From Patescibacteria group bacterium (lineage in GTDB: Bacteria; Patescibacteriota; Minisyncoccia; Minisyncoccales; PEYH01), in NCBI GenBank assembly GCA_018900835.1, contig JAHIFQ010000004.1, positions 1 through 64,000 on the forward strand: a stretch of DNA of 64,000 bases, written 5' to 3'. The stretch's first letter is position 1. Each line of letters starts with the position of its first letter. Of the stretch, positions 1 to 8,854 are shown one piece after another. Below the pieces are notes generated by a model. It had not been told where the DNA came from. It worked only from the letters and a program-made list of their open reading frames with translations, and did no database searches. A program made the translations under genes and the position numbers.

Positions 1-1
1 G

Positions 2-922
2 CAGTTAAATGTAAGAAAAAGATTCTCTACAATGGTTTCAGATGATGGCGAAGTTTTGGCTTGCGCTCTAAAAATTAATAATACGCCTGTTGAGTATATG
101 AATTTTTCCGAGTCGCCATGCAACGACTGCACTGCTTCTGTGGATTATACTTTTACTTCAAGAGGGTCTTATTCAGTATTAGCGAGATGTCTTGATAATG
201 ATGGCAATGCTAAAGAAGGAGAGCCAGTAAATATTAGCATTGGCCAAAATTGTCCAGATTGTCACGCTAATAATACTGACAGATGCGAAACTCCTCCTAA
301 ATGCGAAAAAGATTGTGGGGCTGATTCTCAATGCGATGAAAAAGAACGCAATTCCAGCTGGACATCGTCCGGCAACACTTGCAATGGCTGTGGAAATGGC
401 TGTAATTACAGCATAGACACTCAGAAACCCGAAGCATACAAATTAATAAATGATGACTGCTACTATGGCTGTAGTGTAAGCTGTGGTAGCAATGGCTGGA
501 TAAAATTGTATAGCTCTTTGGTCTGTTCAATTAACTCTTGCCCTATCACCAAAACTTCCGGCAACACTTGCTATTCTCTCCGCGGTTGCGGCATTGGCGG
601 CTGTACATATCTAAACGCAGACACGAATAAGGGATGCTCACAATCGGTTTGCGCAGAATCTGGATGGAATAACTCTGCTTGTTCGCAGTATAATAAAGAG
701 CTGTATATTACAGAAGGATTTAATAACTCCGACGATTATATAAGTGGTTATCTATTTTGCGATTCAGATCACCTTATTGTAAGCGGGGATTGTGTCCCAG
801 ATGATAATAATGATAAAATTATCTCCAATTGGCAAACTGGAAGCAGAGGTTGGTTTTGTGAATTTGAGTGTAATGGTTGGTGCACCGCAGACGGTACAAT
901 AAAAATAACTTGTAAGCCATGA
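2..922 (+). CDS. Cysteine-rich secreted protein (5'-partial; reading frame open to window start)
   Basis: The ORF 32..922 has no in-frame stop back to nt 2. It is very Cys-rich with CxC, NGCG and CGxGGC repeats and has no enzyme motifs. It is interpreted as extracellular. Confidence 0.45.
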   Translation, partial: QLNVRKRFSTMVSDDGEVLACALKINNTPVEYMNFSESPCNDCTASVDYTFTSRGSYSVLARCLDNDGNAKEGEPVNISIGQNCPDCHANNTDRCETPPKCEKDCGADSQCDEKERNSSWTSSGNTCNGCGNGCNYSIDTQKPEAYKLINDDCYYGCSVSCGSNGWIKLYSSLVCSINSCPITKTSGNTCYSLRGCGIGGCTYLNADTNKGCSQSVCAESGWNNSACSQYNKELYITEGFNNSDDYISGYLFCDSDHLIVSGDCVPDDNNDKIISNWQTGSRGWFCEFECNGWCTADGTIKITCKP

Positions 923-1055
923 CAAGGATTGTTTCGCGCGGATTGTGTGGATTGACTGCTGTGGATTGACTACTAAGTCCCTTGATCCTTTGATAGATTT
1001 GACTTTCAATTAAAATCAAGATAAAAAAAATAGGCATTTTTGTTGTTTTCTTTTT

Positions 1056-1080
1056 GCCCCCGTAGCTCAATTGGCAGAGC
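1056..1080 (+). pseudogene. tRNA 5'-half-like fragment (acceptor 5' strand + complete D-arm), no 3' half
   Basis: GCCCCCG-TA-GCTC-AATTGGCA-GAGC fits tRNA positions 1-25 and is 72% identical to the 5' end of tRNA-Lys at 2543. It is followed by 21 nt that do not form an anticodon stem, then CTCTTAAGC (1102-1110), which is identical to the anticodon-loop core of the downstream tRNA-Lys. No T-arm or CGGGGGC acceptor 3' strand lies downstream. Confidence 0.5.
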
Positions 1081-1121
1081 AAAAATGTCTGGGACGCACT
1101 ACTCTTAAGCTTCTGTTCATA

Positions 1122-1151
1122 TTGACTTCTGCACATTAAAAATCTTATAAT
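1122..1151 (+). promoter_or_regulatory. sigma70-like promoter TTGACT-18nt-TATAAT driving the first HTH/LAGLIDADG-like gene
   Basis: TTGACT at 1122-1127 and TATAAT at 1146-1151, 38 nt upstream of the ATG at 1190. Confidence 0.4.
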
Positions 1152-1189
1152 AGATATAAGGGCACAGAAAGATATATTAGCCCGTTCGC

Positions 1190-1852
1190 ATGAAACCGAA
1201 ACCAAACGAAAAAAGAATAGTACAGTGCCTCAGGAAGCAAGGATTGAGCTATAATGAAATTCTGCAAAAGGTGCCAGTGACTAAAAGTAGCATTAGTTTT
1301 TGGTGTCAGGGTGTTGAATTAACACCTGAACAAAAAGAAAGGTTAAACAAAAAACGAGAAAGAAATTTGCAAAGGATCATAATCCTTGGACCAAAAGCCA
1401 TAGCCAAGAAAAGAAAAAAAGAAATTCACAAGATAAAAATTGAGGCAAAAAAAGAAATTCACTCCCTTGCCCCTTATGAATTTAAGATAGTCGGCGCAAT
1501 GCTATATTGGGCCGAAGGCAGTAAGAGTGGTGGCGTAGAAATTACCAACTCAGACCCAAAACTAATAAAATTTATGGTTCGCTGGCTTAAACAGGTTTGT
1601 GAGGCACAACCTGAAAGATTAAAGGCACGATTAAACATCCACGCCAATCAAAATGATAAAAAGATAAAAAAATATTGGTCTGAAATTACAAATATCCCCA
1701 TATCTCAATTTGGTAAAAGTTACATTAAACCAGAAGGCACGGGTCATAGGAAAAATATTCTAGATAATGGAGTAATTAGAATAAGATTTGGAAGCGAGGA
1801 TTTGCGCCACAGAATTATGACTTGGATTAAAGTATTATATCAATCGTTATGA
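1190..1852 (+). CDS. HTH + LAGLIDADG-like homing-endonuclease-like protein (paralog 1)
   Basis: An N-terminal helix-turn-helix (GLSYNEILQKVPV..SISFWC) is followed by G-AMLYWAEGSK (LAGLIDADG-like hxhxxEGS block) and NSDPKLIKFMVRWL. It is paralogous to the next ORF, with about 45% identity throughout. Confidence 0.4.
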   Translation: MKPKPNEKRIVQCLRKQGLSYNEILQKVPVTKSSISFWCQGVELTPEQKERLNKKRERNLQRIIILGPKAIAKKRKKEIHKIKIEAKKEIHSLAPYEFKIVGAMLYWAEGSKSGGVEITNSDPKLIKFMVRWLKQVCEAQPERLKARLNIHANQNDKKIKKYWSEITNIPISQFGKSYIKPEGTGHRKNILDNGVIRIRFGSEDLRHRIMTWIKVLYQSL

Positions 1853-2499
1853 AAAAATTATGGCAACTAAGAGAAAATGCTATAAAGCTAAGGAGGTTAG
1901 GTTGGGCTTATTCTGAAATTCAGAAGAAAGTGCCTGTTCACAAAATTACACTTAGCAAATGGTGCCGAGATATTGAACTAACCTCTCGACAAATTAAATC
2001 CCATGGAGGGAGGTATGCTAATCGTCTGAAAGGCGCAAAAGCCAATTGCCTTAAAAGGCAAAAAGAAATAATAAGAATTCAGAAAAAGGCAGAGAACGAA
2101 ATTCATATTCTTACTCCTTATGAACTTAAGATAGCTGGCGCAGCCCTATATTGGGGCGAAGGAAATAAATCTCATGGCTTGGCGTTCAGTAATTCTGATC
2201 CTGAATTAGTGAAATTTATGATGAAGTGGTTTCAAGAAACTTGCGAAGTGCCAAACAAAAAAATAAGAGCGTATCTTTATCTGCATACTGGACAAAATGA
2301 GAAAAAAATGCAAAAATACTGGTCGAGAGTAACAAATATCCCCTTAAATCAATTTAATAAAACTATTTTAAAAAAGGAGGGTTCGGCTAGTCGTAAATAT
2401 AGTCAAGACAAATATAAGGGCACAATAAAGATTCAAGTTCTAAATGAAAATTTAAAGCATAGAATACTTTCCTGGATTGAACAATTTAATTTTACTTGA
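1849..2499 (+). CDS. HTH + LAGLIDADG-like homing-endonuclease-like protein (paralog 2)
   Basis: Same architecture as the preceding ORF (GAALYWGEGNKS, NSDPELVKFMMKWF). Its start overlaps the stop of ORF1 by 4 nt (ATGA). Confidence 0.4.
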   Translation: MKKLWQLRENAIKLRRLGWAYSEIQKKVPVHKITLSKWCRDIELTSRQIKSHGGRYANRLKGAKANCLKRQKEIIRIQKKAENEIHILTPYELKIAGAALYWGEGNKSHGLAFSNSDPELVKFMMKWFQETCEVPNKKIRAYLYLHTGQNEKKMQKYWSRVTNIPLNQFNKTILKKEGSASRKYSQDKYKGTIKIQVLNENLKHRILSWIEQFNFT

Positions 2500-2542
2500 G
2501 GGATAGTTCTTAATTGCCAGAATAATCCTGCATTTTGTAACC

Positions 2543-2615
2543 GCCCCCGTAACTCAACAGGTAGAGTGTCCGCCTCTTAAGCGGGTTGTTCCAGGTTCGA
2601 GTCCTGGTGGGGGCA
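2543..2615 (+). tRNA. tRNA-Lys (anticodon CTT)
   Basis: Full cloverleaf by hand: acceptor GCCCCCG/TGGGGGC, D-arm ACTC-AACAGGTA-GAGT, anticodon stem TCCGC/GCGGG with loop CTCTTAA, T-arm CCAGG-TTCGAGT-CCTGG, discriminator A. CCA is not encoded. Confidence 0.85.
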
Positions 2616-2664
2616 TATTCGCTACGCTCAAGTTAAAAATTAAAAGTTAAAAATAAAAAACAAA

Positions 2665-2692
2665 AATTACGAGACCGGGTCTCGTAATTTTC
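2665..2692 (+). terminator. Rho-independent terminator (perfect 11-bp stem ATTACGAGACC/GGTCTCGTAAT + TTTTC)
   Basis: The palindrome sits directly after the tRNA and is followed by a T-run. Confidence 0.7.
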
Positions 2693-2917
2693 TGGTTTGC
2701 TGTTGACAAAATCGTTGAGTTGATATATTATTACAATGTATTAAACATCGTGCATTACCCCCTCATCTTTTTCACCACCCGGAGTAGCTTGGGGAGGCGT
2801 CAATCCCTCCCCAGCTCTCAACTTGTTGGCGAGAAAGAAAAGGAGTTGTTCATTGTCAATTGATTTCGTTTTACACGCTCTTAGCACTGCTAAGAACGTT
2901 TTCCCTTTTAATAATCC

Positions 2918-2946
2918 TTGACACGAAAAACACCAAGCCATATAAT
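2918..2946 (+). promoter_or_regulatory. Perfect-consensus sigma70 promoter TTGACA-17nt-TATAAT
   Basis: TTGACA at 2918-2923, a 17-nt spacer, then TATAAT at 2941-2946. The predicted transcription start is about 2953. Confidence 0.6.
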
Positions 2947-2952
2947 ACAATT

Positions 2953-3122
2953 AGACATAGGGTTCCAAGAGGTTCTTTGTGGACCTTGTGCGACCTCCTT
3001 ACCAAAGACGCCCTGCTGGCAATCCCTTTCAGTTCTGCCAACTGTTTACCTGTCAGCAGTGGCGTCTCTCGCAAAGAACCAATTGCTCTTTTGTTAAGTC
3101 CTCTTCGGAGGACTTTTTCTTT
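2953..3122 (+). ncRNA. Structured ~170-nt RNA ending in a UUCG-tetraloop intrinsic terminator; candidate rpsO leader/attenuator or small RNA
   Basis: Long-range helices: GGUUCUUUG (2975-2983) pairs with CAAAGAACC (3072-3080). GACGCCCUGCUG pairs with CAGCAGUGGCGUC, 13 bp. The terminator is GUCCUC-UUCG-GAGGAC + U9 at 3098-3122. The small ORFs over this region (2741..3161, both strands) look spurious. Confidence 0.4.
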
Positions 3123-3166
3123 AAACTGTTGCTTTTTAAAAAATTTTCGTATACAATATAAAAACT

Positions 3167-3436
3167 ATGCTTACACAAAAAGACAAAGAAAAAATTATCA
3201 AGGAGCACGAGGTGCACAAGACCGACACTGGCTCACCAGAAGTCCAGTGCGCTCTTTTGACCACAGAAATCAAGCGCCTGCTTTCGCATCTTAAAAAGCA
3301 CCCAAAAGACCTGCATTCTAAGAGAGGGCTTTTGCAGATGGTTGCAAGAAGGCGGAGATTATTAAAGTATCTCCAGCAAAAAAATGTCAGGAGATACAAT
3401 GCCCTTATTAAAAAAATAGGCCTTAAGAAACGATGA
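3167..3436 (+). CDS. rpsO: 30S ribosomal protein S15
   Basis: 89 aa. Carries the S15 signature TGSPEVQ..LT..I..L..HLK.H.KD.HS.RGLL.MV.RRR.LL.YL. Confidence 0.9.
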   Translation: MLTQKDKEKIIKEHEVHKTDTGSPEVQCALLTTEIKRLLSHLKKHPKDLHSKRGLLQMVARRRRLLKYLQQKNVRRYNALIKKIGLKKR

Positions 3437-3942
3437 AAAGCCAAAAACATCCAGACCAAAGAGTGGTTGTGTTGATAGACACTCAAAACTTGTATTACTC
3501 GGCAAAAAACTTATACCATTCTAAGGTAAATTTTGAAGAAATTTTGAAATTGGCAATAAGTGGAAGGCGGCTTGTCCGCGCTTTTGCTTATGTGGTTCAA
3601 ACCAAGACAGGAGAGGAAAAACCATTCTTTGAGGCGCTCACTGGTTTAGGTATTGAAACCAGGGTCAAACAATTGCAGGAATATTACGGAGGACTCAAAA
3701 AAGCGGACTGGGATGTTGGAATAGTGGTTGACGGCATCAGGGCATCTACTTCTGCGGATGTAATAATATTGGTTTCTGGAGACGGCGATTTTATTCCTTT
3801 TCTGGAATATCTGAAAAACCAAGGAAAAAGGGTTGAGGTAATCGCTTTCGGCCGGTCTACTTCTTCAAAAATCAAAGAAGAAGCAGACGAATTTATAGAC
3901 ATTGAAAAGGACTATAAAAAATATCTTCTTAAGAAAATTTGA
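3433..3942 (+). CDS. NYN/LabA-like (PIN-related) domain protein
   Basis: [12 protein letters not shown] ... [28 protein letters not shown] is a typical NYN-domain layout. It is inserted in the conserved rpsO-pnp pair. Confidence 0.7.
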   Translation: MKSQKHPDQRVVVLIDTQNLYYSAKNLYHSKVNFEEILKLAISGRRLVRAFAYVVQTKTGEEKPFFEALTGLGIETRVKQLQEYYGGLKKADWDVGIVVDGIRASTSADVIILVSGDGDFIPFLEYLKNQGKRVEVIAFGRSTSSKIKEEADEFIDIEKDYKKYLLKKI

Positions 3943-3960
3943 ATCGATTAAAAATAAAAT

Positions 3961-6072
3961 TTGACTAATATGAAATTTAATAAAGAAATAGGAGGCAAAA
4001 ATTTTGAAGTAGAGATAGATACTTTAGCAGAGCAGGCAAATGGTAGTATTTTTGTAAGAATGGGCGATACGCTCGTTATGGCAACTGCCACAATGTCCCC
4101 CCAAGATTTGGAGGGTCTTAATTTTTTTCCTTTGACAGTTGAGTTCCAGGAAAAATTTTACGCTACTGGAAAAATATTAGGTTCAAGATTTATGAGGAGA
4201 GAAGGCAGACCATCTGAAGAATCAATCCTTACATCCCGCCTGATTGACAGGTGTATAAGACCATTATTCCCAGATGATTTAAAAAGAGAAGTTCAAATAA
4301 TTGTAAGCTGCTATTCTTTTGACAAGGAAAACGACCCTGATATCCCTGGAGTTATGGCTGCTTCATTGGCCCTCGGGATATCTGATATTCCATGGAATGG
4401 ACCAATCGCCCCAATAAGAGTGGCGAAGGTTGATAATAACCTTATCTTAAATCCAAATTACGAAGATAGGGGCAAGGGACATTTGGAAATAATGCTAAGC
4501 GGAGTTCAACAAGGAAAGAATGCTGTAATCAATATGATTGAAGCCCAAGCAAACGAAGCAAAAGAAAACGAAATTTTTGAAGCAACTGAATTTGCTGAAA
4601 AGCATCTTGGAGAAATATTGGATTTTCAAAAAGAGATTATCGCTAAGGCAGGCAAAGAAAAAATTCAAATTGAAAAAGAATCTAATCTAGAAATAGCAGC
4701 AAAGTTAAAGGAATCGTTTTCTCAAAAATTAGAAGACGCAATGACCCAACCCTTATCACTTGAAAGCAAAAGGGCTATGCAGATTCTTGAAAACGAAATT
4801 ATTGAATTCACAAAAGAAAATTTCGGAGAGGAGAAAATAGAAATAGCCAAGAGATTCATTGAAAAGGAACTTACCGAAATTCTCCACAATCTCGTTCTTG
4901 AAAAAGGAAAAAGGCCTGATGGCAGAAAACTGGACGAAGTGCGAAAAATTGATTCTATGATTGAAATTCTGCCAAGGGCTCATGGTTCAGCTGTTTTCAT
5001 AAGGGGAACAACCAAAGCGCTATCCAGCGTTACTCTCGGTCCTCCGGGCGACCAACGGTTGATTGAGGGAATGGAAATCAGTGGAAAGCAAAGATTTATG
5101 CATCACTATAATTTCCCACCTTATTGCTCTGGAGAAGTCAAACCATTAAGAGGTCCTGGCAGAAGAGAAATAGGACACGGAATGCTTGCGGAGAAAGCTC
5201 TGCTTCCACTTATTCCCAAATTTGAAGATTTTCCCTATACTATAAGAATAGTAACAGAAATTCTTTCTTCGAATGGGTCCACTTCAATGGCTTCGGTAAG
5301 CGCTGCTTCGTTGGCATTAATGGATGCTGGAGTACCGATTAAAAATACAGCTGCAGGGATTGCGATTGGCTTGATTAAATCTGACAATGATTATCGCTTG
5401 TTAACAGACATACAGGGACCAGAGGACCATTCTGGCGATATGGACTTTAAGGTTGCTGGGACGCTTGAGGGGATTACAGCAATTCAAATGGATGTTAAAA
5501 TAAATGGTATAGATTTAAACATAATAAAAGAAGCGCTTGAAAAAGCAAAACATGCCAGAGAGCAGATAATAAAAGCTATTCACAAGACCATCGCCAAACC
5601 AAAGCCGAATCTATCTCCTTACGCTCCAAAGATTTTCAGAATTAAAATCAATCCAGAAAAAATAGGCGCTGTAATCGGAACAGGCGGAAAGGTAATCAAC
5701 GAAATTATTGATGTGTGCGGAGTGACTATTGATATAGAAGATGACGGCAATGTCTTTATCTCTGCTGAATCAGAAGAGGCAGCAAAAAAAGCCATTGACT
5801 GGGTAGAAGGACTCACTCGCGAAGTTGTTGTTGGCGAGATATTTCAGGGAAAGGTTGTAAAAATTCTTGACTTCGGCGCGTTTGTGGAGATTCTGCCAGG
5901 CAAAGACGGCTTGGTTCATATATCAGAGTTAGAACAATCCCGCGTCAACAAAGTAGATGATGTGGTGAAGCTTGGCGACATAATACCTGTAAAAGTGATT
6001 TCTGTTGACGACCAAGGAAGAATCAATCTCTCCAAAAAGCAAGCCCAAGCTCAAAAAGGAGGAAAAATATAA
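3961..6072 (+). CDS. pnp: Polyribonucleotide nucleotidyltransferase (PNPase)
   Basis: 703 aa. Two RNase PH-like cores, a KH domain (GKVINEII) and a C-terminal S1 domain (GKVVKILDFGAFVEI). Confidence 0.95.
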   Translation: MTNMKFNKEIGGKNFEVEIDTLAEQANGSIFVRMGDTLVMATATMSPQDLEGLNFFPLTVEFQEKFYATGKILGSRFMRREGRPSEESILTSRLIDRCIRPLFPDDLKREVQIIVSCYSFDKENDPDIPGVMAASLALGISDIPWNGPIAPIRVAKVDNNLILNPNYEDRGKGHLEIMLSGVQQGKNAVINMIEAQANEAKENEIFEATEFAEKHLGEILDFQKEIIAKAGKEKIQIEKESNLEIAAKLKESFSQKLEDAMTQPLSLESKRAMQILENEIIEFTKENFGEEKIEIAKRFIEKELTEILHNLVLEKGKRPDGRKLDEVRKIDSMIEILPRAHGSAVFIRGTTKALSSVTLGPPGDQRLIEGMEISGKQRFMHHYNFPPYCSGEVKPLRGPGRREIGHGMLAEKALLPLIPKFEDFPYTIRIVTEILSSNGSTSMASVSAASLALMDAGVPIKNTAAGIAIGLIKSDNDYRLLTDIQGPEDHSGDMDFKVAGTLEGITAIQMDVKINGIDLNIIKEALEKAKHAREQIIKAIHKTIAKPKPNLSPYAPKIFRIKINPEKIGAVIGTGGKVINEIIDVCGVTIDIEDDGNVFISAESEEAAKKAIDWVEGLTREVVVGEIFQGKVVKILDFGAFVEILPGKDGLVHISELEQSRVNKVDDVVKLGDIIPVKVISVDDQGRINLSKKQAQAQKGGKI

Positions 6073-6169
6073 TTTATATTGGGCACGAGATGTTATTTAC
6101 TCAAAGCCCCAAATCTCATTTAGGAAACCCGTGCCTTCTTTGTTAAAAGTTTGGTGATTTTTTATTCCC

Positions 6170-8854
6170 ATGGCAGAAACAAACCACGAAAAACTAGATA
6201 TCCCGCCTGAAGCAATCCGGACAATGAAAAAGGACTTAGCTGGCATCACTCGAGGAGAGTGGGATTTGGCTTTGGCTGAAGCGGAAATTCAAGAGTTGCT
6301 TCAACAGTTCCGCGAAAGACAAAAACAAGCAGAGGCGCAGAAGCTCATGGAACAACAAAATCTAAAACCACAAAAAGAAGAGCCAAAAGAAAAAAAGGAA
6401 GAAAAAAAGCCCGAAGAACCAGTGGAGGAAGCGCCCGAAGAACCAAAAAAGAAAGAAATAAGCGCTTCAGACCAAGAAAAAATAATTGCGGAGGAAATCA
6501 AGAAACGGGCAAAGAAAAGGGAAGAAATGGTGAATCAGAGCATGGAAAAAGAGGACTTTAAAAAAGCGCTTGAACAAGAAGAAAAAGCAGATGCCCAGAC
6601 AAAAGAAAGAACAGAGAAAGAGCTTCGTGAAAAATTGGAGCGATTGCAGGAGGCGCTTAAAGAAATCCCAAATGAAAAAATCCCTCTTGAAGAAAACCAA
6701 AGTTATTACCTCAAAGACCAAGCAAAAATAGAAAAGGACTTGGAGCCAATTTTAGAAAGCGAAAAGAAAATAGAGGAGAATATAAAATTTATTGAGGGCA
6801 TTGAAAAAACTGCGATTACTCCACGCCAAAAGAAAAAAGCGGAGCAGGAAAGACAATTAGCAGAACAAGAGAGAGAAACCATAGAAAAACAAAGGTGGGA
6901 CTATGAGCAGAAAAAATTTCAAATTGAGAAACAATTAAAAGAAATAGAATTCGGCTTCCATCAACTCGCCCAAAAAGAAGCCAAGATTAAACAGGAAATT
7001 GGCTTGGTCAATCAAGAAATAGAAAAAATTGAGAAAGCCAAAGAAAAAAGAGAAATAGAAATAAAAATCAGCCAATTAGCAAAAGAAAAGGTAGAGCATG
7101 ATGTTATTAAGGCAAAGATTTTATCGCAAAGAAAAGCAATAGAAGAAAAATTGGCAGAAGTGATAATAAGAGAACAAAAGCTGGAAAAAGAATTAAGTTA
7201 TATCCAAGAAGAAGAGCGATTAGCGAGCGAAACGGAAAAACAAAGAGTAGAGCAGGAGAGATGGAAATTGGAAAAAATGCGTTCAGGCATTGAAAAAGAA
7301 AGATGGATAGTAGAAGAAGACAAGACCAAAATCCGCCTTGAAGAAAACCGAATCAATGTAAGATATCAGAAAATATTAGAACAGGAAAATCAGTACAGAA
7401 AAAGAATCCAGGATATTAATCAGATATTAGGAATTATTGTTCCAAAAGAAGTTCTTGACCCGAGAGATAGGCCAGAACCGACTATCAAGCCACAGGAAGA
7501 GCAAATAGAAAAAGATGACTATCTAGAAGAAAAACCAGCATCCGAAAGATTAAAAGAAGATAAATCGCCGACCCCCATAAAAACAGATGAAGACCAAAAG
7601 CAAGCTCCGATAGAAGAGCCAAGCGAGAAAAAGACAGCCCCAGGGCAATTAACAGAGCAGGAACAAGCCAAGGAAGAGTTAGCAAAAATTGAGGCAAAAC
7701 AAAGAAGGGAAGAATTGCTTAAAAAATTAAGGACCGTAAGGGAAAGAGAAACCCAAAACAAGGAAAAACAACTGCTCCAAAGAATCAGGCAGGGAGCGAC
7801 TATCCCTGAACCGCCTACCGAACAACAAGGCCCGACTCCACAAATCTCATCACAACACCCGCCTTTGATGAATCTCCCTTCTGAAAGAGATGTTAAAAAA
7901 TCCAAATTAAGATTATTGCTTATTGGAATTGCTGTTGTTGTTATAATCAGCATTATCGGTTTTTGGTATTGGTATGCCAAGGTGAGAGAAAAACCAGAAG
8001 CGCCTATGCCGCCACAGATAGAAACGCCTACTCCGCCAGCAACCACAACACCTTCTAATGGAACAACAACCGAGCCACTTGTCCCATCCTCAAGCTTAAT
8101 TCCTGTAAACACAACATTTCCTTTGAAAGTATCTGAACAAACAGATGTAGCATTGCTTGTCTCGCAGATTCTTAAAAATACAATTATTGAAAAAAATGTA
8201 TTTTCAAGGATTTTAATAGAAAATACTGTTGAGAAAAAATACTTATCTGTCTCTGAAATGCTCACTGCGCTCCAACTTAATCCTCCTTCCACTCTCTACG
8301 ACCAGATAGAATCAGACGCCACATTTTTTGTTTTTCCAACTGAAAATTATTCGGTCTTTGGGTTTGTTGCCAAGAGCGCCACAGATATAAGCGATAATGA
8401 AATTATGGCGACAATGAAATCATGGGAACCGACTTTAATCACAGACAGCAGGCAGTTTGGGAGTTCTCTTGCTAAAACAAATATGGTGCCTATTGCAAAC
8501 TTTCAGGAAAACAATTATAAGAATAATGTCCTGCGGTATTTGACATTAAGCCCGGCTCCGGACTGCTTCGGCGCCTGCTATGCAGCGATAGACAGCCATC
8601 TTGTCTTTAGTACTTGCTGTAATGTAATTACTAAAATTATAGACGACAAATCTTTATCCCCAACAAACACAATCAATTCGGATAAACCGCCTTCTGTCTC
8701 TGCCCCTAAAATTATCCAAAATATTGTTTCTTGGGGTTACCATACGCCCAAAAACGCCCGCTCAATAGATACAATCGTCATCCATTCTTCATATGACGCG
8801 ATAGGAAGTGATCCATACAGTACATCGGGGGTTATCGCAGAATACAAAACATAA
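6170..8854 (+). CDS. Giant coiled-coil (K/E-rich) protein with one TM helix and the start of a C-terminal amidase_2 domain (N-terminal frame of a frameshifted gene)
   Basis: About 580 aa of E/K-rich heptad-like sequence, a TM segment LLLIGIAVVVIISIIGFWYWYA, an extracellular region, then IDTIVIHSSYD (the IVIH start of the amidase_2/PGRP fold). The ORF stops at 8852-8854 inside the domain. Confidence 0.6.
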   Translation: MAETNHEKLDIPPEAIRTMKKDLAGITRGEWDLALAEAEIQELLQQFRERQKQAEAQKLMEQQNLKPQKEEPKEKKEEKKPEEPVEEAPEEPKKKEISASDQEKIIAEEIKKRAKKREEMVNQSMEKEDFKKALEQEEKADAQTKERTEKELREKLERLQEALKEIPNEKIPLEENQSYYLKDQAKIEKDLEPILESEKKIEENIKFIEGIEKTAITPRQKKKAEQERQLAEQERETIEKQRWDYEQKKFQIEKQLKEIEFGFHQLAQKEAKIKQEIGLVNQEIEKIEKAKEKREIEIKISQLAKEKVEHDVIKAKILSQRKAIEEKLAEVIIREQKLEKELSYIQEEERLASETEKQRVEQERWKLEKMRSGIEKERWIVEEDKTKIRLEENRINVRYQKILEQENQYRKRIQDINQILGIIVPKEVLDPRDRPEPTIKPQEEQIEKDDYLEEKPASERLKEDKSPTPIKTDEDQKQAPIEEPSEKKTAPGQLTEQEQAKEELAKIEAKQRREELLKKLRTVRERETQNKEKQLLQRIRQGATIPEPPTEQQGPTPQISSQHPPLMNLPSERDVKKSKLRLLLIGIAVVVIISIIGFWYWYAKVREKPEAPMPPQIETPTPPATTTPSNGTTTEPLVPSSSLIPVNTTFPLKVSEQTDVALLVSQILKNTIIEKNVFSRILIENTVEKKYLSVSEMLTALQLNPPSTLYDQIESDATFFVFPTENYSVFGFVAKSATDISDNEIMATMKSWEPTLITDSRQFGSSLAKTNMVPIANFQENNYKNNVLRYLTLSPAPDCFGACYAAIDSHLVFSTCCNVITKIIDDKSLSPTNTINSDKPPSVSAPKIIQNIVSWGYHTPKNARSIDTIVIHSSYDAIGSDPYSTSGVIAEYKT

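Noticed and set aside
2741-3161. Cluster of 60-144-aa ORFs on both strands between tRNA-Lys and rpsO
   Set aside because: They are mutually overlapping on both strands and carry no motifs. The region instead shows a consensus promoter, long-range RNA helices and an intrinsic terminator, so it is interpreted as non-coding structured RNA.
7519-8292. 257-aa ORF on the minus strand inside the coiled-coil/amidase gene. The same applies to 17114..17986 inside the TrbL-like gene and 46173..46715 across the sensor/kinase junction.
   Set aside because: These ORFs are fully embedded antisense to well-supported genes. They have low-complexity Ser/Gly/Cys composition and no motifs, which is typical of antisense ORFs from low-GC coding DNA.
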